DNA of 64,000 nucleotides from Alphaproteobacteria bacterium (GCA_047972425.1 JBKEAR010000022.1:8371-72370), one strand, 5' to 3'; positions 40,948-50,885 are shown, numbered from the stretch's first letter. Notes: generated from the sequence alone by a model not told the origin. Translations and numbers: made by a program.

Positions 40948-41877
40948 TTATGTTCGCATTTTTTTTGCTTGCATAAGGATTGTTTCGAGTGTTGATTTTA
41001 GAACTGTAGAAAGCAGTAACCAATCTTTTCTTCTCACACTCCCACTACGCCATACAGTTGTTAATTCTCTTAATGGCGGAACATCATTTAAAGCGGCAAA
41101 ATGTAACTGGCTATGAGCCGATGTTTCGAATGGCACGGCAATTTGTGGGAGCAATGTGGCCGATGGCTGCCACGCAACCATTTGTAATAAAGTGGCAACG
41201 CCGGTTGCTTGCAAACGTTGTTCGGGCTGGTGGAGTTGATTACAGGCCGATAATGCGTGGTCTTTCAAACAATGGCCACTCTCTAATAAAATCATTTCTT
41301 CGCCAGTTATATCATCAAGAGTTAAAGTATTTGTATTACCCCATTTATGATCTTTTCCGCATGCAACAACCATATTTTCAGCCCCGATAACTTCATTCTC
41401 AAAGCCTTTGATATCCCAAGGTAATGCAATGAGACCCAAATCAATATTGCCGGATTCAAGCTCCGATAATACTTTATCTGTTTGTAACTCAGTAAGATGA
41501 ATCTTCACATTCGGGAAAGCTTCATATATTTTTGGCATTGCCTGCGGCAATAACCAAGGTGCAATCGTTGGGATAACCCCTAAACGAACAATACCTGATA
41601 ACGGTGCAGACAGTATTTGTGCTAAATCCACTAATTCTTCGGATGATGCAAGGATTTTTCGAGATCTTTTGACTACCTCTTCACCCACAGGTGTAAATAT
41701 AACTTTGCGCCCTGCTCTATCAATTAATGCAACATCTAGCAAGGTTTCAAGCTCTTGAATTGATGTTGAAAGTGCCGATTGACTAATAAAGCAAGCTTGG
41801 GCTGCTTTTGTAAAATGTCTTTCTTCATATAAAGCAATTAAATAACTCATTTGTCTTAACGTTGGTAATGCACGCAT
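40948..41877 (-). CDS. oxyR: Hydrogen peroxide-inducible LysR regulator OxyR
   Basis: LysR HTH, GVIPTIAPWLLP, redox motif LLESGHCLKDHALSAC (both Cys present). Confidence 0.92.
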   Translation of the reverse strand: MRALPTLRQMSYLIALYEERHFTKAAQACFISQSALSTSIQELETLLDVALIDRAGRKVIFTPVGEEVVKRSRKILASSEELVDLAQILSAPLSGIVRLGVIPTIAPWLLPQAMPKIYEAFPNVKIHLTELQTDKVLSELESGNIDLGLIALPWDIKGFENEVIGAENMVVACGKDHKWGNTNTLTLDDITGEEMILLESGHCLKDHALSACNQLHQPEQRLQATGVATLLQMVAWQPSATLLPQIAVPFETSAHSQLHFAALNDVPPLRELTTVWRSGSVRRKDWLLLSTVLKSTLETILMQAKKMRT

Positions 41878-42174
41878 ATGGTATCTTCTTTTTTTATCAA
41901 AATTTTAATTTTTATCTATTTTTATTATATATATTCATGATAAAAAATTACAATCTTTTTTTAATAATTATAAATTGCGCTTAAAAAACCAATACTAAAA
42001 ATGTGCAATAAAATGTAGTAATAATAATAACCAATAAATTTAGTGCGAATTAGTTGGAACATCTTCTAATATACTGATTTTTAATTCATCTTGAAATATT
42101 CAAATATGATGATATTATGCAAAGATTAGTGAGATTTTTGTGAATTAATAGATATATTTTGGGGATAAAAAAAG

Positions 42175-42357
42175 TTGGATCTAAAGCCAGAACGTAAATT
42201 ATTTTCAAATTTAGGTGTTATTGTTTTTATAAAGGTTATCATATTGTTAATGATACTTTTTTTTATCATGCCACCATCAAAACGCGAAAATGTTCGTGAT
42301 GAATTTGGTCTGTCTTATCACAATTATATGATTAATGTAACAAAAGCTCATATATAA
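42175..42357 (+). CDS. Small membrane protein upstream of cydA (CydP-like)
   Basis: TTG start after GGGG, single TM with IKVIILL motif, position directly before cydA. Confidence 0.6.
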   Translation: MDLKPERKLFSNLGVIVFIKVIILLMILFFIMPPSKRENVRDEFGLSYHNYMINVTKAHI

Positions 42358-42383
42358 CATAATAAAAAAAGGGATTTCTTATT

Positions 42384-44171
42384 ATGCTCGAATCAATTAC
42401 AGAGGTTGTTGCGTTATCGCGTATTCAGTTTGCTGCAACAGCCCTTTATCATTTTCTTTTTGTTCCAGTTACGCTTGGTCTTTCTACTTTGGTTGCGATT
42501 ATGGAAACTATCTATGTTCGCACTGGAAATAAAGCTTGGCGTGATGCAGCAAAATTTTGGGGGTTATTATTTGGGATTAACTTTGCTATGGGTGTTGCAA
42601 CAGGTATCCCAATGGAATTCCAATTTGGTACGAACTGGTCGGTATATTCTGACCAAGTTGGTGATATTTTTGGTGCCCCACTCGCAATTGAAGGCCTTAT
42701 GGCTTTCTTTTTAGAAGCTACATTTATTGGTATGTGGTTTTTTGGTTGGAATCGCTTAAGCAAAAAGGCTCACTGTGTTGTCGGTTGGCTTATGGCTTTA
42801 GGTGCAACTTTCTCGGCTATTTGGATTTTAATTGCAAATGGTTTTATGCAAAATCCAGTGGGTGGAGAATTAAACTTTTTGACTTCACGTGTTGAGATGA
42901 CAAACTTTTTACAGCTTGTTCTTAACCCTATTGCGCAAGCTAAGTTTGGCCATACAATTACAGGTGGTTATGTTTGTGGTTCCATATTTGTTTTAACGAT
43001 TTCTGCAATTTATCTTCTTAAAGGAAGAAACATCGGTTTTGCAAAACGCTCAATGACTGTAGCCTCAACTTTTGGCCTTTTGGCTCTTATCGTGAATATT
43101 TGGATGGGGCATAATGCGGGTGATTTAATTAACGAATATCAACCTGCTAAAATGGCTGCAACCGAGGCCGTGTGTGAACCAGAAGAAGGTTTAGCTGGAT
43201 TTAATGTTGCTGGTGTTATCGTAGAAAATATAAAAACTGGTGGTTCTTGTGAATTTAAAGGTCTACATATTCCTAAAGTTTTAGGTATGATTACAACATC
43301 AACATCTGCTAATGATGGTAGTGTATTCTCGGTAGAAGAAATTCATGAGGTTAATAAAGAACGTATCAAATCTGGTATTATCGCAGTATCAACAAAACAA
43401 GTTTTAAGTGATAAATATAAAGCCGCTGTCAAAATATATATGGATGATAGTAGCCATGACCGTACTGAGCTTGACCGTTTAGAAGAACAATGGATGATCT
43501 TTAGTGAAAATGCAAAAGAAGCCGGACGTTTGAACTTTGCAAATTATGCCCATGCATTACTTAAAGGTGATGCTGAAGCACAAGCAATAATTGATAATCA
43601 GATTGCAACATTAACCCAAGGTTTAACTGACCCTGATGTTATTACATATGCAGAAAATAAATATCATTATGGTTATGGTATGCTTTTACAAAAATATGTT
43701 GTTGATGTTACTCAAGCTGATGAAAGCATGATTGAGAAAGCTGTAAATGACACTGTACCATCGATTGCACCAAACTTTTGGGCATTTCGTATAATGGTTG
43801 GTTCAGGTTTCTTACTATTATTCTATCTGATTGTTGCAGTTGTTCTTGCACGTAAAGATGGATTCGAAAAATGCAGGAAATTCCTTGTTTGGGCAATTAT
43901 AATGTTCCCATTCCCATGGATTTGTATCGAAGCCGGATGGTTCTTAGCAGAATATGGGCGCCAACCTTGGGCTATTCAAGATTTATTGCCAGTGGTAAAA
44001 GCTGTATCTGCGCATCCACCATCAGATCTATGGATTTCTCTCGGAATGTTTGTATCTGTGTATTCAATACTCTTAGTCGTAGAGCTTTATTTAATGATTA
44101 AATATATTAAATTAGGTCCAGAAGGAACAAAACTCGAAAAAGTTTCTCCTGATGGCTATGAGAAAGCATAG
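42384..44171 (+). CDS. cydA: Cytochrome bd ubiquinol oxidase subunit I with extra-long Q-loop
   Basis: LSRIQFA, YHFLFVP, EFQFGTNW, KFGHT, QPAKMAATE, FRIMV, EYGRQPW; 595 aa. Confidence 0.97.
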   Translation: MLESITEVVALSRIQFAATALYHFLFVPVTLGLSTLVAIMETIYVRTGNKAWRDAAKFWGLLFGINFAMGVATGIPMEFQFGTNWSVYSDQVGDIFGAPLAIEGLMAFFLEATFIGMWFFGWNRLSKKAHCVVGWLMALGATFSAIWILIANGFMQNPVGGELNFLTSRVEMTNFLQLVLNPIAQAKFGHTITGGYVCGSIFVLTISAIYLLKGRNIGFAKRSMTVASTFGLLALIVNIWMGHNAGDLINEYQPAKMAATEAVCEPEEGLAGFNVAGVIVENIKTGGSCEFKGLHIPKVLGMITTSTSANDGSVFSVEEIHEVNKERIKSGIIAVSTKQVLSDKYKAAVKIYMDDSSHDRTELDRLEEQWMIFSENAKEAGRLNFANYAHALLKGDAEAQAIIDNQIATLTQGLTDPDVITYAENKYHYGYGMLLQKYVVDVTQADESMIEKAVNDTVPSIAPNFWAFRIMVGSGFLLLFYLIVAVVLARKDGFEKCRKFLVWAIIMFPFPWICIEAGWFLAEYGRQPWAIQDLLPVVKAVSAHPPSDLWISLGMFVSVYSILLVVELYLMIKYIKLGPEGTKLEKVSPDGYEKA

Positions 44172-44182
44172 AGGAGGAAAAC

Positions 44183-45370
44183 ATGGAATTTGAACTTTAT
44201 ACAATATTACGTCTTATTTGGTGGCTTTTGCTCGGTGTGTTACTCATTGGTTTTGCTATCATGGATGGATTTGACCTTGGTGTAGCATCAATGTTGCATT
44301 ATGTTGGCAGAAAAGATAGTGAACGCCGTGTTGTTATTAACACCATTGGCCCCGTTTGGGAAGGCAACCAAGTTTGGTTCCTTTTAGGTGGTGGTGCTAT
44401 TTTTGCTGCATTTGCACCGTTATATGCTTTAAGCTTTACGGGTTTTTATACAGCAATGATGCTCATTATTTTTGCGCTAATTTTACGGCCTGTTGGCTTT
44501 AAATTTCGCTCTAAAATCAATAACCCTAAATGGCGTGCAACTTGGGATTTTGGATTGTTCCTTGGTGGTTTAATCCCTGCCCTTGTTGCCGGTGTTGCTG
44601 TGGGTAATGTTATTTTAGGTGTGCCATTTGGTATATCGCCAGAGGATAGCTCGCGCCTTTTATATGATTATAAATTGGGTAATCTATTCTATTTGCTTTT
44701 TAACCCCAATGGATTCTTTATATTCACATTGCTTACAGGCTTAACATCGGTAACTATGTGTTTAATGCAAGGTGGTAACTATTTGGCTTTAAAAACCGAA
44801 GGTGTCATCAGTCAACGTGCAGCAACAGCGGGTCGTTTTGGTAACATTGTTGCTTTAGCATTGTTTGTTTTATGTGGTCTTTTAATTGCTACAGTCATTA
44901 AAGGCTATACAGTTGACCCTGAAAATATGAGACGCCTAAGCCAGTTACCTTCTATGCAATGGGGCTTTGTTGATACTGAGCGTAAAGCCGGCGCATGGAT
45001 GGCTAATTATAGCCGTTATCCATTATTCCTATTACCACCTATTTTGGCTATTTTAGGAATGGCTAGTAGCTATTTGTTTAATAAAAGAGAAGCCTTTGGT
45101 AAAGCCTTTGTTGCATCTTCGGTTGCAATATTCGGTATTATTTCTACCGTTGGAACAGCAATCTTTCCGTTTTTATTACCATCAAGCACTAACCCGAAAG
45201 ATAGCTTAACAATTTGGAATGCCTCAAACTCAGAAGGTACTTTGTTTGTAATGACAATATGTGCTTTGATCTTTGTACCCATCGTTTTAGCATATACAAG
45301 TTGGGTATATTACGAGTTACGTGGTAAAGTGACCGAAAAAGAAATATTATCTGATGGTCAAAGTTATTAA
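44183..45370 (+). CDS. cydB: Cytochrome bd oxidase subunit II
   Basis: MDGFDLG, GPVWEGNQVW, LRPVGFKFRSK, SLTIWNAS, YTSWVY. Confidence 0.97.
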   Translation: MEFELYTILRLIWWLLLGVLLIGFAIMDGFDLGVASMLHYVGRKDSERRVVINTIGPVWEGNQVWFLLGGGAIFAAFAPLYALSFTGFYTAMMLIIFALILRPVGFKFRSKINNPKWRATWDFGLFLGGLIPALVAGVAVGNVILGVPFGISPEDSSRLLYDYKLGNLFYLLFNPNGFFIFTLLTGLTSVTMCLMQGGNYLALKTEGVISQRAATAGRFGNIVALALFVLCGLLIATVIKGYTVDPENMRRLSQLPSMQWGFVDTERKAGAWMANYSRYPLFLLPPILAILGMASSYLFNKREAFGKAFVASSVAIFGIISTVGTAIFPFLLPSSTNPKDSLTIWNASNSEGTLFVMTICALIFVPIVLAYTSWVYYELRGKVTEKEILSDGQSY

Positions 45371-45381
45371 GGAGAAAATTA

Positions 45382-45546
45382 ATGGTTGAATTCTTACATT
45401 TATTTCATAGTTTTATAAGCAATCCTATCGTTACATTTCTTCTTGCAGGTTTTGGAACATGGATGGTTTTCATCATTGTTGCATCAACTATTTCGGTTAA
45501 TTCTGGAAAATGGATTGATCGTGAGTTAGAGAATGATCAACAATAA
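45382..45546 (+). CDS. 54-aa small membrane protein, CydX-like
   Basis: Below the ORF-track cutoff. AAGGAG RBS, MVEFLHLFHSFISNPIVTFLLAGFGTWMVFIIVASTISVNSGKWIDRELENDQQ; fills the cydB-ybgE gap; TAATG coupling to the next gene. Confidence 0.72.
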   Translation: MVEFLHLFHSFISNPIVTFLLAGFGTWMVFIIVASTISVNSGKWIDRELENDQQ

Positions 45547-45857
45547 TGAGTAAAATGCATATTTCAAATATCATAAGCATTTTATTGGTGCTTACAATCA
45601 TTGTTCTTTTTGTATTCGCAAGCCCATTTACCTTGGGTGAATATAAAGAAATTGCCGATGGCTATGCTATAAAAAGCAAACCCGTTGGTGCGTTAGAACG
45701 ATCTTTATTAATGCTTGCAGTAATGATGGTACCGGGAGCATTATGTTATGGCTTAGGATTACAAGTAAAATCCAAATGGGCAAAAATATTAATTAGCCCA
45801 TGGTTTACTTGGCCAATAATGTGCATAGGTATTGTTGGTGCACTTTATTTAAAATAA
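45546..45857 (+). CDS. cyd operon membrane protein, YbgE-like
   Basis: Three TM helices, GALCYGLG...KILISP pattern, last gene of the cyd operon. Confidence 0.7.
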   Translation: MSKMHISNIISILLVLTIIVLFVFASPFTLGEYKEIADGYAIKSKPVGALERSLLMLAVMMVPGALCYGLGLQVKSKWAKILISPWFTWPIMCIGIVGALYLK

Positions 45858-45887
45858 AAAAAAGAGGCTCAATTGAGCCTCTTTTTT
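45858..45887. terminator. Bidirectional terminator between the cyd operon and azoR
   Basis: AAAAAAGAGGCTCA-at-TGAGCCTCTTTTTT. Confidence 0.9.
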
Positions 45888-45894
45888 CGTTATA

Positions 45895-46512
45895 TTATTT
45901 TAAGATGTTTTTGATTTGCTCAGAGGCTTCATGAATGCCCTTATTGCGTGCCTCATCTCCCATATTTAGCCCTTGTGCCATAATATGTTTTTGATTGGTT
46001 AAGCCAAGCCAACCCATAATAGCAGCTACATATTGGCTATTCATGTTATATGCTGCAGCATCGCCATCATATGTACCGCCAAAGGCCGATACAATATATA
46101 ATGTTGTTTTATTGGGGTTTAATAAGCCTGTAGAAGAACCATCGGTATTATATTTAAAAGTCTCGTTTACCCGTACAATCTGATCAATCCATGTTTTTAG
46201 CTGTGCAGGAATCCCTAAGTTGTACATAGGTGATGATATAATAAGATGATCGGCATCTTTTACTTCATTAATAAGCTTATCGGATAATGCAACAATCTTT
46301 TGCTGTTCGGTCGTTCTATCTGCTGTTGCCGTATACCAAGCCGTTGCAACTTCCGGTGTAAAAAACGGATATGGCTTATTAACTACATCATAATAAACTT
46401 CTTGTGCATCGGGATATTTAGCTTTTAGACCATTGCGTAGCTCTAACGATAATTGGCGAGAAACCGATGGCATTGGGTTTGCTGAGCTATCAATGGATAA
46501 AATTTTTGTCAT
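45895..46512 (-). CDS. azoR: FMN-dependent NADH azoreductase/quinone reductase
   Basis: IDSS..SVSRQL, PMYNLGIPAQLKTWIDQIVR..TFKY, GGTY. Confidence 0.92.
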   Translation of the reverse strand: MTKILSIDSSANPMPSVSRQLSLELRNGLKAKYPDAQEVYYDVVNKPYPFFTPEVATAWYTATADRTTEQQKIVALSDKLINEVKDADHLIISSPMYNLGIPAQLKTWIDQIVRVNETFKYNTDGSSTGLLNPNKTTLYIVSAFGGTYDGDAAAYNMNSQYVAAIMGWLGLTNQKHIMAQGLNMGDEARNKGIHEASEQIKNILK

Positions 46513-46540
46513 TCTTAATCCTTATTTTAAATTTAACATC

Positions 46541-46557
46541 ACTTTTAAAAAGAAAGT
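46541..46557. promoter_or_regulatory. Palindromic operator ACTTT-N7-AAAGT upstream of azoR
   Basis: ACTTTtaaaaagAAAGT about 28 bp before the azoR start; same motif upstream of ygiD. Confidence 0.6.
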
Positions 46558-46657
46558 TTTGTTTTTATAAGAAAATTATAAAGTTAAGTCAATATGCTGA
46601 AACTCAAATAAATTTCATATCTTTCATCGGTATTTTAAATAATTGAGTGTTGCTATC

Positions 46658-47485
46658 TTATCTTTGATGAAAGATAAAAGATCGCATAGATATAGAACCT
46701 AAGTCCATACCTTCATTAAAAAAAGTTAACTTATCTGTAGGTTCGGCCAATCCTAAGCAATATAATGCAGGCATAAAATGGTCTGCTGTTGGGTGTGCCT
46801 TACGGAAAAGTGCTGAATAACGATCTATTTCGGCCAGTTTAGAGAAATTACGGTTTTCGATTGCTTGGGCTGTCATTTCATCAAACTCAATTGCCCAATC
46901 ATAGTTGCGGCCATCTGAGCGCATATCGTGTAGGTTATGGACTAAATTGCCACTACCAAGCACCAATACCCCTTTCTCTCTTAATTTTTTGAGCTTATGC
47001 CCAATTTCTAATTGTTCAGAAAAACTGCGCCTATAGTCGATTGACATTTGAAATACCGGTATATCCGCATTAGGATAAAGTAATTTAAGAACAGACCAAG
47101 CACCATGATCAAGCCCCCAATCATCAGTAGCATGTACATGTTCCGTCGCAAGCATATTAATAACTTCTTGGGCAATATCGGGTGCACCGGGTGCAGGATA
47201 TTGAACCTGAAATAATGCAGATGGGAAACCACCAAAATCATGAATTGTCGGTGGTGTTTTTTGTACATTTATAAATGTTTCTTTTTGGGTTATCCAATGG
47301 GCTGAAATACACAAGATAGCTTGTGGACGCGGCAATATTTGCCCTGCAAGTGCCCATCCTTGTGACCATTCACTATCATTAATAGCATTCATAGGGCTAC
47401 CATGGCCAATGAACATGATAGGCATTTTTTCCGATGGTTTTAAATGTTCCGAAAGTATTTGTAAATTCATTTGGGTTATTGGCAT
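46658..47485 (-). CDS. ygiD: 4,5-DOPA extradiol dioxygenase (YgiD/DODA, LigB family)
   Basis: FIGHGSPMNA, ISAHW, IHDFGGFP, WGLDHGAWSVL, GSGNLVHNL, HPTADHF. Confidence 0.92.
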   Translation of the reverse strand: MPITQMNLQILSEHLKPSEKMPIMFIGHGSPMNAINDSEWSQGWALAGQILPRPQAILCISAHWITQKETFINVQKTPPTIHDFGGFPSALFQVQYPAPGAPDIAQEVINMLATEHVHATDDWGLDHGAWSVLKLLYPNADIPVFQMSIDYRRSFSEQLEIGHKLKKLREKGVLVLGSGNLVHNLHDMRSDGRNYDWAIEFDEMTAQAIENRNFSKLAEIDRYSALFRKAHPTADHFMPALYCLGLAEPTDKLTFFNEGMDLGSISMRSFIFHQR

Positions 47486-47510
47486 AACTTTCCCCTTTAT
47501 TACATATGTA

Positions 47511-47527
47511 ACTTTAAAAACAAAAGT
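47511..47527. promoter_or_regulatory. Palindromic operator ACTTT-N7-AAAGT upstream of ygiD
   Basis: ACTTTaaaaacaAAAGT about 25 bp before the ygiD start. Confidence 0.6.
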
Positions 47528-47581
47528 AACCTATATATAATTTTATATTTACATAATTGCAAGCCATAAAATTAAGCGAAT

Positions 47582-47619
47582 AAAAAAAGAGCTTCATAAG
47601 GTTATAAAGCTCCTTTTTT
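47582..47619 (-). terminator. Probable terminator of gatCAB
   Basis: Imperfect stem GAGCTT.ATAA/TTAT.AAGCTC flanked by A- and T-runs. Confidence 0.55.
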
Positions 47620-47640
47620 CTTAGTTATAAAGTTTGTTAA

Positions 47641-49119
47641 CTAACCTAAAATTTTCTTCCGCAAAATTTCGTTTACGGCGGCGGGGTTAGCCTTGCCTTG
47701 GGTTGCCCGCATCACTTGGCCGACAAACCAGCCCAGCATTTTATCTTTACCCGCACGTATTTCCTCTACTTTATCCATATTGGCAGCCATAATTTCATCA
47801 ATAGCGGCTTCAATAGCACTGGTATCGGTAATCTGTTTAAGCCCTTTTTCTTCAACAATTTGTGCGGCTGATTTGTTGGGTTCAGCCACCATAAAGTCAA
47901 AGACATCTTTGGCAATTCGGTTGTTGATATCACCTTTTTCAATCAGGTCAATTAATTCACCGAGTTGCTCTGCCGTAATTGGGCTTTCTGTAATCTCAAT
48001 ACCCTCTTTATTCAACAAACCAAAAAGGCTGCCCGTAACCCAATTTACTGCAAGTTTCGGGTCACGTTGTGCTTTACCATTCTCATCAACTTTAGCAACT
48101 TCTTCAAAATAATCGGCACTTTGTTTCGATGCTGCTAATACGCCGGCTTCATAAGCCGAAAGCGCAAAATCATTAATAAAACGTTCCTTTTTCTCATCGG
48201 GTAGCTCTGGTAAAGAGTTTTTAATATTTTCTACATATTCCTCTGTAATCACAACCGGCAATAAATCAGGATCGGGGAAATAACGGTAATCATGGGCAAA
48301 CTCTTTAGAGCGCATCGAGCGTGTTTCACCTTTGGTTGGGTCTAATAGTCGTGTTTCTTGTACAACTTCGCCCCCATTTTCCCAAACTTCAACTTGGCGT
48401 TGGGCTTCAAGCTCAATTGCCATTTGGACAAAACGAATAGAGTTTACGTTCTTAATCTCGCATCGGGTTCTAAATTCTTCGCCTGCTTTACGTACCGAAA
48501 CATTCACATCGCAACGCATAGAGCCTTCATTCATATTGCCATCGCAAGTACCCAAATAACGGACAATAGAGCGTAATTTGGTTAAATAAGCCCCCGCTTC
48601 TTCGGGTGAGCGAATATCGGGGTCAGATACAATCTCCATTAAAGCAACCCCCGTACGGTTTAAATCGATAAATGAACGGCGTGGGTCTTGGTCATGTAAA
48701 GATTTACCGGCATCTTGCTCTAAGTGAATACGCTCAACCCCTACTGTTTTGGTCGAACCATCTTTAAGGTCTAAAATTACTTGTCCCTTCCCGACAATCG
48801 GGTGGTAAAGTTGCGAGATTTGATAACCTTGAGGTAAATCGGCATAAAAATAATTTTTACGGTCAAAGCGCGAATATAAATTAATCTCGGCTTTAATTCC
48901 TAAACCGGTACGCACCGCTTGCTCTACACAAAACTCATTAAGTACAGGCAACATGCCGGGCATTCCGGCATCCACAAAAGCAACTTGGTCATTTGGCTCG
49001 GCCCCAAAAGTTGTAGAGGCCCCCGAAAATAATTTGGCGTTTGAAATCACTTGGCAATGAACCTCTAGGCCAACAACAACTTCCCAATCGCCTGTTTCAC
49101 CTTGGATAATATAACTCAT
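47641..49119 (-). CDS. gatB: Asp/Glu-tRNA amidotransferase subunit B
   Basis: [41 protein letters not shown]. Confidence 0.98.
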   Translation of the reverse strand: MSYIIQGETGDWEVVVGLEVHCQVISNAKLFSGASTTFGAEPNDQVAFVDAGMPGMLPVLNEFCVEQAVRTGLGIKAEINLYSRFDRKNYFYADLPQGYQISQLYHPIVGKGQVILDLKDGSTKTVGVERIHLEQDAGKSLHDQDPRRSFIDLNRTGVALMEIVSDPDIRSPEEAGAYLTKLRSIVRYLGTCDGNMNEGSMRCDVNVSVRKAGEEFRTRCEIKNVNSIRFVQMAIELEAQRQVEVWENGGEVVQETRLLDPTKGETRSMRSKEFAHDYRYFPDPDLLPVVITEEYVENIKNSLPELPDEKKERFINDFALSAYEAGVLAASKQSADYFEEVAKVDENGKAQRDPKLAVNWVTGSLFGLLNKEGIEITESPITAEQLGELIDLIEKGDINNRIAKDVFDFMVAEPNKSAAQIVEEKGLKQITDTSAIEAAIDEIMAANMDKVEEIRAGKDKMLGWFVGQVMRATQGKANPAAVNEILRKKILG

Positions 49120-49131
49120 ATTGCTCTACCC

Positions 49132-50598
49132 CTATCGTAATCTATGCGGAACTGCGCTAAAGTTTGCTGCATTTTCAATGGCTTTACCCACTTTTAACAC
49201 GGTAACCTCATCAAATTGTTTACCAATAATCTGTAAGCCTAATGGCAAGCCATCGCTATTTAAACCCGATGGAACCGACATTGCCGGTAAACCTGCCAAG
49301 CTAATCGGCACAGTAAACACATCATTTAAATACATGGTTACGGCATCTTTGGGGGCATTATCAATAGCAAAAGCCGCTGTGGGTGCTGTTGGTGTTAAAA
49401 TGGCATCTACTTTTTCAAAAGCTTTTTCAAAGTCTTGTTTAATAAGCCTTCTCACCTTTTGCGCACGAATATAATAAGCATCGTAAAAACCGGCCGATAG
49501 CACGTAAGTACCAATCATAATCCGTTTCTGAACCTCTTTGCCAAAACCTTTTTTACGGGTATTTAAATACATTTCATCTAAACTATCGCCGGCTACACGC
49601 AAACCATAACGTACGCCGTCATAGCGTGATAAATTGGCCGAAGCTTCTGCCGGTGCGATAATATAGTAAGTTGCTAATGCATATTGAGTATGGGGTAAGG
49701 AGATATCAACAATCTCTGCGCCCTGCTCTTTTAACCAAGCTGCTCCTTTTTCCCATTCTTTTTTAACTTCCTCGTTTAAGCCATCCACCATATATTCTTT
49801 GGGGATTCCAATTTTCATTCCGGCAATGCTACCATTAAGATTTTTTGCAAAATCAGGAACTTCTAAAGGAGCCGATGTACTATCTAATTTATCATGGCCA
49901 GCCATGGCATTAAGCATAATTGCAGCATCTTCTACAGACCTAGTCATAGGGCCAGCTTGATCTAACGATGATGCATAAGCCACAATACCCCAACGGGAGC
50001 AACGCCCATAAGTTGGTTTTAAGCCGACAATACCCGTATAAGCAGCAGGCTGGCGGATAGAACCACCGGTATCGGTACCTGTTGCCCCTAAAACAAGACC
50101 TGCAGCTATAGCAGCAGATGACCCACCCGATGACCCACCGGGTACAAGTTTTTCGCCATTAGGGCCTTGCCATGGGTTAATTGCCGCACCAAAATGCGGG
50201 TTTAATGTTGCTGAACCCATTGCAAATTCATCAAGGGTAAGTTTGGCAACTGAAACCGCGCCTTCAGCTTTCATTTTAGCCGTAACAAAACTTTCGTATT
50301 GCGGTTTAAAACCTTCTAAAATATGAGAGCCAGCTGTTGTTTGAATATTTTCTGTGGCAAATAGATCCTTAATCCCTACCGGAATACCTTCTAAAATCCC
50401 AATGTTTTCGCCTTTTGCACGGCGCTCATCCGATGCTTTGGCATCTTTTAATGCTTCATCAAAAGAATATGTAATTGCTGTATTTAAATCTTCATTTTGG
50501 TTAAAGGCGTCAATTGATTTTTGGGTAAGCTCTACCGATGAAAATTCTTTATTTTTAAGCCCTTCTAAGGCTTGTTTTATTGTTAATTTTGCAAACAT
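49132..50598 (-). CDS. gatA: Asp/Glu-tRNA amidotransferase subunit A
   Basis: Amidase signature [31 protein letters not shown]. Confidence 0.98.
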   Translation of the reverse strand: MFAKLTIKQALEGLKNKEFSSVELTQKSIDAFNQNEDLNTAITYSFDEALKDAKASDERRAKGENIGILEGIPVGIKDLFATENIQTTAGSHILEGFKPQYESFVTAKMKAEGAVSVAKLTLDEFAMGSATLNPHFGAAINPWQGPNGEKLVPGGSSGGSSAAIAAGLVLGATGTDTGGSIRQPAAYTGIVGLKPTYGRCSRWGIVAYASSLDQAGPMTRSVEDAAIMLNAMAGHDKLDSTSAPLEVPDFAKNLNGSIAGMKIGIPKEYMVDGLNEEVKKEWEKGAAWLKEQGAEIVDISLPHTQYALATYYIIAPAEASANLSRYDGVRYGLRVAGDSLDEMYLNTRKKGFGKEVQKRIMIGTYVLSAGFYDAYYIRAQKVRRLIKQDFEKAFEKVDAILTPTAPTAAFAIDNAPKDAVTMYLNDVFTVPISLAGLPAMSVPSGLNSDGLPLGLQIIGKQFDEVTVLKVGKAIENAANFSAVPHRLR

Positions 50599-50885
50599 TA
50601 TTCCACCACCTTCGGTACTGTAAAGTAACCGTCTACTGCTTCTGGCGCATTGGCAAGAATTTTCAATTGTTTGCCACCATCGGTAATAATATCTTGGCGC
50701 ATAGGTTGGGTTAATTCTACAACCGATGCCAAAGGCTCTACATTATCTACATCGACTTGCTGTAGCTGTTCAATCCAGTCTAAAATCCCCGAAAGTTCAC
50801 CCGAAAGCCCTGCTAAATCGCTTTCATCAACTTTAATGCGAGACAAAAAGGCAATCTTTCTGACCTCATCTATTGTTAACGCCAT
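50598..50885 (-). CDS. gatC: Asp/Glu-tRNA amidotransferase subunit C
   Basis: [24 protein letters not shown]; GGAGG RBS favours ATG 50885. Confidence 0.96.
   Translation of the reverse strand: MALTIDEVRKIAFLSRIKVDESDLAGLSGELSGILDWIEQLQQVDVDNVEPLASVVELTQPMRQDIITDGGKQLKILANAPEAVDGYFTVPKVVE

Noticed and set aside
42091-42103. TTGA-N5-TCAA upstream of the cyd operon as an FNR/FixK box
   Set aside because: Spacing is one base short of TTGAT-N4-ATCAA; it may simply overlap a -35 element
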